Source: Muribaculaceae bacterium (lineage in GTDB: Bacteria > Bacteroidota > Bacteroidia > Bacteroidales > Muribaculaceae). From it: a stretch of DNA of 38,662 nucleotides. Both the position numbers and the translations under genes were made by a program. The stretch spans positions 1-38,662 of the forward strand of contig DBFWRP010000108.1 in NCBI GenBank assembly GCA_048222005.1, in the 5' to 3' direction. A model generated the notes under the pieces. That model searched no databases. It saw only the letters and a list, made by a program, of their open reading frames with translations, and was not told the DNA's origin. Positions 1-6,869 of the stretch are shown piece after piece (position 1 is the stretch's first letter; each line of letters opens with the position of its first letter).

Positions 1-324
1 TCCGTGTGCTGCGGCATGCACGTCACATGCGAGAAGGACTCGCTTCTGCCCGAAGTGAGCCGCGAGATAGAATATTTCGACGACGAGGAGCTTGACGCAT
101 TCCGCGGACGCGAGCCAGAAAGCTACACCGATGATGAGATAGAGCAGTTCCGCGACGTGCTGCTCACTCTGCTCCCCACCGACATAGCCCCGTGGGCACG
201 CAGCATTCAGCTGCGCGGCATCTCACTCCCTATGGCCGTCCGCGAGGAACTGCTGATGATCGTGGCCGAAGAACGGGCCAAGAAAAGCCATACGGAAGGC
301 AACCGGTCCTCAAGCCAGTCGTGA
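1..324 (+). CDS. Conserved Bacteroidales hypothetical protein with CCGxHxxC motif (5' truncated by window edge)
   Basis: Frame open to position 1; CCGMHVTCEKDSLL...IEYFDDEELDAFRGR...WARSIQLRGI resembles a conserved Bacteroidales protein; 22 bp upstream of the metal permease. Confidence 0.75.
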   Translation, partial: SVCCGMHVTCEKDSLLPEVSREIEYFDDEELDAFRGREPESYTDDEIEQFRDVLLTLLPTDIAPWARSIQLRGISLPMAVREELLMIVAEERAKKSHTEGNRSSSQS

Positions 325-346
325 TTCCGCAACACCAACTCAACCG

Positions 347-1189
347 ATGTCCGAACTGCTGCAATATCAATTTTTCACCAACGCCATATGGGCCGTGCTC
401 ATCATCTCGGTGGCATCGGCCATGATCGGCACATACATAGTGGCACGGCGGCTTGTGGCCATCTCAGGCGGCGTGACACATGCATGCTTCGGCGGCCTCG
501 GACTGGGTTATTTCCTTGGGATGAACCCACTTGTGATGGCCGGAATCTTTGCCGTTGCGTCATCGCTCGGGGTTCAGTGGATTTCGGAACGTCACCGCGT
601 GCGCGAGGATTCGGCAATAGCTGTGGTATGGTCGATCGGTATGGCTGTCGGCGTGCTTTTCGTGTTCCTTACACCCGGTTATGTGCCGGAACTGAATGCA
701 TTCCTGTTCGGCAACATCCTTAATGTCTCCCCCTCCGACCTCTTGGCCTTCGGAATCTACACCGTGGTGCTTGCCGGTTTCTTCGCATGGAAATTCAGGG
801 AAATAGTCATCTGCGCTTTCGACCGCGATTTCGCACAGGTGTCCGGCCTTCCTGTCACCCTCATAACCACAGTGATGACAATAATGGTGGCTCTGTGCAT
901 AGTGCTCACGATCCGCCTGGTAGGCATCATGCTGCTTATGTCGATGATTTCGTTGCCGCAGATGTCGGCTGAAGTGTTCTGCAACAGGTTCAAGACCATC
1001 ATGCAGCTCTCCATGCTTTTCTCGGCCGCAGGCTGTCTGGGTGGACTTGCCTTGTCGGCCTATGTGGACGTGCCCTGCTCGGCGCTGATAGTGATTGTGC
1101 TGGCCGCCATCTACCTCATTTCGCTCATTTACAGATCCTGGCACACCCGCCGTACCCGCAACGCACAATGTCGCGCAAAACAGTCATAA
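347..1189 (+). CDS. znuB: Zn/Mn ABC transporter permease (ZnuB/ABC-3 family)
   Basis: Hydrophobic 280 aa; GTYIVARR...GGVTHACFGG, EDSAIA, FLFGNIL and FDRDFA motifs of ABC-3 permeases. Confidence 0.9.
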   Translation: MSELLQYQFFTNAIWAVLIISVASAMIGTYIVARRLVAISGGVTHACFGGLGLGYFLGMNPLVMAGIFAVASSLGVQWISERHRVREDSAIAVVWSIGMAVGVLFVFLTPGYVPELNAFLFGNILNVSPSDLLAFGIYTVVLAGFFAWKFREIVICAFDRDFAQVSGLPVTLITTVMTIMVALCIVLTIRLVGIMLLMSMISLPQMSAEVFCNRFKTIMQLSMLFSAAGCLGGLALSAYVDVPCSALIVIVLAAIYLISLIYRSWHTRRTRNAQCRAKQS

Positions 1190-1890
1190 TCCTCCTGTTG
1201 GCAGCAGCAGCCGCCTGTGCAGGCTGGGGCGGTTACTGGGCATGGAACCGCTGGTTCTCCTCGCGCGCCAACCCTTCGCTCACCGAATATCCCGTGCGCG
1301 GCATCGACATATCCGCCCACAACGGAGCGATAGATTTCGATGCGCTCCCCCGGCGCCACGTGCAGTTCGCCTACATCAAGGCCACAGAAGGCGCCGACTT
1401 CATCGACCGCCGGTTCGATGCCAACGTGAAGGGGATGAAACGGATCGGTGTCCCTGCCGGTGCCTATCACTTTTTCCGGTTCGACTCCGATGGCGAACTG
1501 CAGGCCTGGAACTTCATTCATGCGCTTAAAAACCGCAATCTCGAACTTCCCCCGGCCATCGACCTTGAGGAATGGTCGAACCCCGACGGATTCTCCACCA
1601 ACAACGTAATCCTTGGGCTGAAACGCATGCTCGCAGTTTTGGCGGAAGAGGGGATTACCCCGATAATCTACACCAACAAAGACGGCTACAACCGCTTCGT
1701 AAAGGGACACCTGAGCCAGTATCCGCTCTGGATATGCTCGTTCACCGATCCTCCTGTGCCGTCGCAGGAAACATGGCACATATGGCAGTTCTCACATCGA
1801 GGCACACTCGACGGAATCGAGGGATACGTCGACCTCAACACCATCTCGCCTGAGCTGGCCGCAACCTTCCCGCATGCGTCACGGCCTTAA
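1168..1890 (+). CDS. GH25 family lysozyme/muramidase with N-terminal membrane anchor
   Basis: GIDISAHNG, YIKATEG, GAYHFF, PPAIDLEE (DxE), WQFSHRG and VDLN motifs; overlaps the permease by 22 bp. Confidence 0.92.
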   Translation: MSRKTVIILLLAAAAACAGWGGYWAWNRWFSSRANPSLTEYPVRGIDISAHNGAIDFDALPRRHVQFAYIKATEGADFIDRRFDANVKGMKRIGVPAGAYHFFRFDSDGELQAWNFIHALKNRNLELPPAIDLEEWSNPDGFSTNNVILGLKRMLAVLAEEGITPIIYTNKDGYNRFVKGHLSQYPLWICSFTDPPVPSQETWHIWQFSHRGTLDGIEGYVDLNTISPELAATFPHASRP

Positions 1891-1998
1891 AGATACCTAC
1901 ATGCCCCAACAGACGCACTTTGCAGTAGCCAATCCGCCACTTTGCTCGTATTGAAATATTTTTAATGGCATTTTGATTGTCAATTTGGCAATTATTTG

Positions 1999-2006
1999 TA
2001 ATTTTG
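1999..2006 (+). promoter_or_regulatory. Bacteroidetes sigma-A -7 element (TAATTTTG) for gdhA
   Basis: Matches TAnnTTTG in an AT-rich intergenic region about 110 bp upstream of the ATG. Confidence 0.65.
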
Positions 2007-2117
2007 CAGCACAATCAAACGTTTCAGCAGCGCAGATGATGCGCGGCGCCCCTCTCCCGGACTGTTGACAACGGGCCTTAAAAGGCACAAAACATAAGGT
2101 ACAATTCAAAACAGAAC

Positions 2118-3464
2118 ATGGACAAAAAAGAATTTATTGAGGATTTGCGGACACGGTTTCCCAACGAGCCTGAATATCTGCAGGCAGTGGAAGAGGTTGT
2201 AAACTCCATAGCCGACGTCTACAGCAGTTACCCCGACTTCGAACGCGTCAACCTGCTGGAACGCCTCTGCATCCCCGACCGAATCTACACATTCCGCGTG
2301 TCGTGGGTGGACGATGCAGGCCGCGTGCGCACCAACATGGGCTACCGCGTGCAGCACAACAATGCCATCGGCCCCTACAAGGGCGGCATCCGGTTCCACT
2401 CATCGGTCAATCTTTCCATTCTCAAGTTCCTGGCATTTGAACAGACCTTCAAGAACGCCCTTACCACACTCGCCATGGGTGGTGCAAAAGGCGGCTCGGA
2501 CTTCTCTCCGCGCGGCAAGAGCGACATGGAGATCATGCGTTTCTGTCAGGCGTTTGTCAACGAGCTTTACCGCCACATCGGTCCGCTCACCGACGTTCCC
2601 GCAGGCGACATCGGCGTAGGTGGCCGCGAAGTGGGCTACATGTACGGATGGTACAAGAAAATGACCCGCGAATTCTCCGGCACCTTCACAGGCAAGGGGA
2701 TGGATTTCGGCGGCTCGCTCATCCGCCCGGAAGCCACAGGCTACGGCAACGTGTACTTCCTGCTGAACATGCTCAAGACCCGCGGCATCGACATCGAAGG
2801 CAAACGCGTGGCCATCTCCGGCTCGGGCAATGTGGCGCTCTACACCGCCAAGAAACTCCTGTCGCTCGGAGCCAAAGTGTTGTCGCTCAGCGACAGCGAC
2901 GGAGCAATCGTTGTGCCCGACGGACTCACACAGGCCCAGTTCGACGAGATTTTTGAACTCAAGACCCTCATGCGCGGCCGCATCTCGGAGTTTGCCGAAG
3001 AGCACCCCGACATCTGCAAATATTACCCCCGCGAACGCCCGTGGAAACATGTGGAGCATGTGGACATAGCCATGCCGAGCGCAACCCAGAACGAACTCGA
3101 TGCCGACGATGCCCGCGCACTGCTCGACGCCGGCTGCTTCGCCGTCAGCGAAGGTGCAAACATGCCCACCACACCTGCCGCCATAGCCAAATTCCAGAAG
3201 GCGCGCATCCTCTATGCCCCCGGTAAGGCCGCAAACGCCGGCGGAGTGTCTGTCTCCGGCCTTGAAATGGCTCAGAACGCACAGATGGACCACTGGACCA
3301 CAGACGAGGTTGACCGCCGCCTGCAGCAGATCATGGCCGACATCCACGCCCAATGTGTGGAGCACGGCACCGAACCCGACGGCTATGTTAACTACGTCCG
3401 CGGAGCCAACACCTCCGGTTTCCTCAAGGTGGCCCGCGCCATGATGGCCCAGGGAGTGATGTAA
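2118..3464 (+). CDS. gdhA: Glutamate dehydrogenase, NAD(P)-dependent
   Basis: GPYKGGIRFH, GGAKGGSDF, DVPAGDIGVG, RPEATGYG, GSGNVA, EGANMP and KAANAGGV motifs; cofactor preference not determinable here. Confidence 0.96.
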   Translation: MDKKEFIEDLRTRFPNEPEYLQAVEEVVNSIADVYSSYPDFERVNLLERLCIPDRIYTFRVSWVDDAGRVRTNMGYRVQHNNAIGPYKGGIRFHSSVNLSILKFLAFEQTFKNALTTLAMGGAKGGSDFSPRGKSDMEIMRFCQAFVNELYRHIGPLTDVPAGDIGVGGREVGYMYGWYKKMTREFSGTFTGKGMDFGGSLIRPEATGYGNVYFLLNMLKTRGIDIEGKRVAISGSGNVALYTAKKLLSLGAKVLSLSDSDGAIVVPDGLTQAQFDEIFELKTLMRGRISEFAEEHPDICKYYPRERPWKHVEHVDIAMPSATQNELDADDARALLDAGCFAVSEGANMPTTPAAIAKFQKARILYAPGKAANAGGVSVSGLEMAQNAQMDHWTTDEVDRRLQQIMADIHAQCVEHGTEPDGYVNYVRGANTSGFLKVARAMMAQGVM

Positions 3465-3519
3465 ACCGCTTTCATGTTGTAGTTAATCATATTAGTTCAA
3501 TCATTGTTTCATAAGCCCC

Positions 3520-3558
3520 GACGGCGCCGTGCCAGGATTGTCCCGACACGACGCCGTC
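3520..3558. terminator. Imperfect 18-bp hairpin between convergent gdhA and FKBP genes
   Basis: GACGGCGCCGTGCCAGGA-ttg-TCCCGACACGACGCCGTC; the three C/A mismatches become G-U pairs on the minus-strand RNA; no clear U tract. Confidence 0.5.
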
Positions 3559-3612
3559 AATATTATGGGGCGATAGTACGAGTGCTCTGCCAAATCTCCC
3601 GATGCAGAGGCA

Positions 3613-4011
3613 TCAGTTGATGCCCAGAAGCTCCACCTCGAAAATCAGAGTGGAACCGCCGGGAATGCCCGGTTGCGAACGGCGCCCATAGGCAGCTTCG
3701 GCAGGGATATAAAGCTCCCATTTATCGCCGATATGCATCTGCTGGAGGGCAATCATCCAGCCCTCGATCAATCCGCGGAGCGGAAAGGCCGGAGCCACCC
3801 CACCCCGGCTGCTGTCGAACGTGCGGCCGTTGATGGTCTTGCCAGTGTAATGCACAGTCACCACATTCCTCAGTGTCGGTGTGGGCGATTTCTGATTGCC
3901 CGGTCTGAGCACCTTGTAGTAAATCCCTTTGGCCAATGCGTTGACACCCGGCTCCTGCGCTTTTGCCTGAAGCCATTGGCGGTTTGCGGCCACATAATCC
4001 GGTTTTGCCAT
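3613..4011 (-). CDS. FKBP-type peptidyl-prolyl cis-trans isomerase
   Basis: VTVHYTG, FDSS, LIEGW, YIPAEAAYG and IPGGSTLIFEVELL. Confidence 0.95.
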   Translation of the reverse strand: MAKPDYVAANRQWLQAKAQEPGVNALAKGIYYKVLRPGNQKSPTPTLRNVVTVHYTGKTINGRTFDSSRGGVAPAFPLRGLIEGWMIALQQMHIGDKWELYIPAEAAYGRRSQPGIPGGSTLIFEVELLGIN

Positions 4012-4053
4012 ATTTACCTGTGTTATATTAGTAACGGTTACAAAATGTTTATC

Positions 4054-5793
4054 TCAGTTCCTTGATGTTTTGCGCCTGCGATGCCGGCGTAACGCCAGCA
4101 GACCGACAATCACAGCCACCGGTGCAAGCACTACAGCCACGTAGGCATAGACTACCGGAACATTATAGTCCATGTCGAGATAGTTGCCGTTAAGATGATA
4201 GGCATTGATGCCCCGGAGCATCACTCGCTGGCGCCCAAGCGGATCGAACTGCATTCCACTCACTGTGTCAAGCACCATTGTGGGACGTGTCACAGTGTCG
4301 TAGGGGAGCCATTGCAGCGAATCGAGGCCGGGATTGCCGTTCTTGGCGAAATTTACCCACATCTGCTGCACCTGACGCGACAAAGGCACGTAGATGTTGT
4401 CGCCGGTGTACATGGTCTGGTCAAGATTTCCGAACACATAGGCCAGCTCGACAGCATGACATGCCTCCATATATGGCAATGCCGACTGGCGTGTCCAGTA
4501 GTACACATACGTGGTTGCGCCATTGGCCACACGGCTGTCGGCCATGGCAAGCGCCGGCAGACGGAACATCGCCTCGGTATAAAATTCCGATATAGCCCAT
4601 GTGCGTCCCAGCGGATAATTGTCGACAAAACGCTCCACACTGTCGCGAACGGCCTTGTCGACGGGTTTCATGTTGCTTTCAAACAGAACCGGAATCTTCA
4701 GGCGAAACATGTTGATTCCACCCACTTTGTCAATCCAGAAACGGCTCTCCTGCGCATTGGTGCCCATCAGCATGGCCACGCCGCTGCTTCCGCCGGTGCG
4801 GTATGCCTCATAGAGATTCTCTGGAATCACCACACCGTCGCGCTCGGGAAAATTATTATAACGGTTGATGCCCTCGTTAGCCTCGCGCAAAGCCTGAGGC
4901 GACAGTGCCGCAAGCTGGCTCATATCTGTGGCGCCGGTGGCTTTCAGCAGTCGCTGTGCAAGCGGCAGGCACTCCCTGCGGCTATAGGTAAGCGCTATGG
5001 AACCGCTTTCCATGATGGCACGATGGAACAGTCCTTTCGACTGTGGAATCAGCGGCAGCAGCGACACGCTGCCCGCGCCGGCCGATTCGCCGAACACCGT
5101 AACGTTGTCGGGATTTCCGCCGAAAGCCGCTATGTTGCGCCGCACCCACTGGAGCGCCACAATCTGGTCGAGCAGCCCGAGATTGCCACTCGCTGCATAC
5201 GCCTCTCCCCCATCAACTTCCGAAAAATCGATGAACCCGTAGATGCCGAGACGGTAATTGATGGTCACGAGCACCATTTCCGGATGATTGCGCACAAAAT
5301 CCGTGCAATCGAACATCGGCTCGGCGCTGCTGCCCCAGCCGTATGAACCGCCGTGTATGTAGACCATCACAGGCTTGGCAATCGCAGTATCGGCCGGATT
5401 GACCCACACATTCAGGCTCAGACAGTCCTCCCCCTGCGTCAACCGCGGATCGGCACCAGTCTGGACTGCTATCTTTCCGAAATTATAAGCCTCGAACACG
5501 CTGTCGCAATCCCCGGCCACACTCACAGGCTTCCACCGCAGGGCACCGACGGGCTGCTGTGCATACGGAATCCCCTTGAACGACAGAATGCCGTCGGCCT
5601 CGCGCCCGACAAAAATCCCGTTCGAACATTTCACGGCATGAACAGTGTCATAGCTTCCCGAAATGGCTTGATTGAGTGGAAAAGGCTCCGGCTGCGCGGC
5701 TTGCCGCGTATCCTTGCGGCATCCGGCACATCCACACGCGATGGCCGCAACCACTGTGACGCAGCCGAGCAGCCTGTTTAATCTATGCTCCAT
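4054..5793 (-). CDS. Type-B carboxylesterase (COesterase), predicted lipoprotein with C-terminal TM helix
   Basis: FKGIPYA, EDCLSLNVW, HGGSY, NYRLG, FGGNPDNVTVFGESAG, GTNAQE and CHAVEL; lipobox-like CAGC; hydrophobic C-terminus followed by RRHRRRK. Confidence 0.92.
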   Translation of the reverse strand: MEHRLNRLLGCVTVVAAIACGCAGCRKDTRQAAQPEPFPLNQAISGSYDTVHAVKCSNGIFVGREADGILSFKGIPYAQQPVGALRWKPVSVAGDCDSVFEAYNFGKIAVQTGADPRLTQGEDCLSLNVWVNPADTAIAKPVMVYIHGGSYGWGSSAEPMFDCTDFVRNHPEMVLVTINYRLGIYGFIDFSEVDGGEAYAASGNLGLLDQIVALQWVRRNIAAFGGNPDNVTVFGESAGAGSVSLLPLIPQSKGLFHRAIMESGSIALTYSRRECLPLAQRLLKATGATDMSQLAALSPQALREANEGINRYNNFPERDGVVIPENLYEAYRTGGSSGVAMLMGTNAQESRFWIDKVGGINMFRLKIPVLFESNMKPVDKAVRDSVERFVDNYPLGRTWAISEFYTEAMFRLPALAMADSRVANGATTYVYYWTRQSALPYMEACHAVELAYVFGNLDQTMYTGDNIYVPLSRQVQQMWVNFAKNGNPGLDSLQWLPYDTVTRPTMVLDTVSGMQFDPLGRQRVMLRGINAYHLNGNYLDMDYNVPVVYAYVAVVLAPVAVIVGLLALRRHRRRKTSRN

Positions 5794-5887
5794 AATTATT
5801 TTCCGTTAAGTAATTATCCGTAGTCAGCGCAATTGGTCATACTTCAATGTTCCACTTTTGGTTATGCATTCTGGTTTGTCATCCAAT

Positions 5888-5912
5888 TGCAGGGACATCG
5901 CTTTGCGATGTG
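5888..5912 (+). repeat. REP-like palindrome (GCAG-headed variant) inside a larger inverted repeat 5858-5934
   Basis: TGCAGGGACATCGCTTTGCGATGTG matches the 17435 copy at 20/25 positions. Confidence 0.6.
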
Positions 5913-5971
5913 TGACAAACCACAATACAACCAATGTTATGACCTCTGCCAAAACGAGAACGACGCAACCG

Positions 5972-5979
5972 CAAATTTA
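5972..5979 (-). promoter_or_regulatory. -7 element (TAAATTTG) for the esterase-FKBP unit
   Basis: CAAATTTA on + strand, about 180 bp upstream of the esterase ATG. Confidence 0.55.
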
Positions 5980-6103
5980 GTCATTTCCCTTATTATAAAC
6001 TCCCGCTAACATCGCTTAGTTTGCCCCATCCTGTCACAATTGTAACGTAGGGGATAAAACAGATAAATTGTTGACACAAAAATTTGACAAAGGCGTTACC
6101 ATC

Positions 6104-6134
6104 TTTGTCAGCATAGACCAAATTCATAATTTTG
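6104..6134 (+). promoter_or_regulatory. sigma-A promoter TTTG-N19-TAATTTTG upstream of the response regulator
   Basis: TTTG at 6104-6107 and TAATTTTG at 6127-6134. Confidence 0.55.
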
Positions 6135-6355
6135 ATTCGTTGAGTAAACCTGATATAGGCTCCACAATGGTCAAACACGATTTTGGCCTATTGAGCCAAC
6201 GGTAACATTAACAAAATTAAGCATACATTGCAACTTTAACGAGCATCGGTCGGAACAACAACTGCTCACTCCGCCATCAGCTCAATTACAGATACATACC
6301 ACATAACCTCAGGCTCTATTTTAAGTAAAAAAACAGCAGGTTGCACCTGCGCGAT

Positions 6356-6760
6356 ATGACTACTATCGATTCCATATTAACCCGTCGCATCGAAGGCCGC
6401 ATACTGGTCGTCGACCCTGATTTACGCATATTCGAAATGATTCAGTCGCATTTCGGACACGACGGTTTTTTAGTGGACTCCTGCCAGAGCACCGACCAGT
6501 TCTATTCAGTTGACATAACCGGGTACAACCTGATAATCATTGACCTGAACATCGATGACAATTCGGGCATGGACATTGTGGAGCAGATAAAGCAGCGCCG
6601 CGAAACGACGAGAATAGGTGTCATTGCCTGTGCAGTCAACATGTCGCCGGCGGCCATCATAAACGCACTTAACTCCGGAGCCGACGACTACCTCATCAAA
6701 CCATTCTCCGTTCGTGAGCTTATGGCACGCGTGCGCGCAGTCCTGCGCCGTCAGATCTGA
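6356..6760 (+). CDS. Single-domain (receiver-only) response regulator, OmpR/PhoB-like receiver
   Basis: ILVVDPD, IIIDLN and GADDYLIKPFSVRELMARVRAVLRR followed by a stop; ATG 6356 preferred over TTG 6341. Confidence 0.85.
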   Translation: MTTIDSILTRRIEGRILVVDPDLRIFEMIQSHFGHDGFLVDSCQSTDQFYSVDITGYNLIIIDLNIDDNSGMDIVEQIKQRRETTRIGVIACAVNMSPAAIINALNSGADDYLIKPFSVRELMARVRAVLRRQI

Positions 6761-6813
6761 ACCGGCGAAGAATATTTTACCACCACATTTTCACAGTTTA
6801 GGCCAATTTTTGC

Positions 6814-6821
6814 TAATTTTG
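6814..6821 (+). promoter_or_regulatory. -7 element (TAATTTTG) for the YfhO operon
   Basis: TAnnTTTG about 50 bp upstream of ATG 6870; supports the shorter start. Confidence 0.65.
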
Positions 6822-6869
6822 CAAAGTAAGTGTGCCACCGCATGTTGCGGTGCAGCCATAGCTGTGATT

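Noticed and set aside
2400..3365. 321-aa ORF antisense to gdhA (similarly 4195-5346, 11239-12147, 30119-31075, 32154-32969)
   Set aside because: Typical stop-poor antisense frames of high-GC3 genes, fully overlapping well-supported CDS.
6714..6869. N-terminal ORF extensions (YfhO 6714, xerD 9902, nadK 19260, queG 23758, aroB 35902, 33515, 34174)
   Set aside because: They overlap upstream genes or promoters and lack family similarity; downstream starts fit better.
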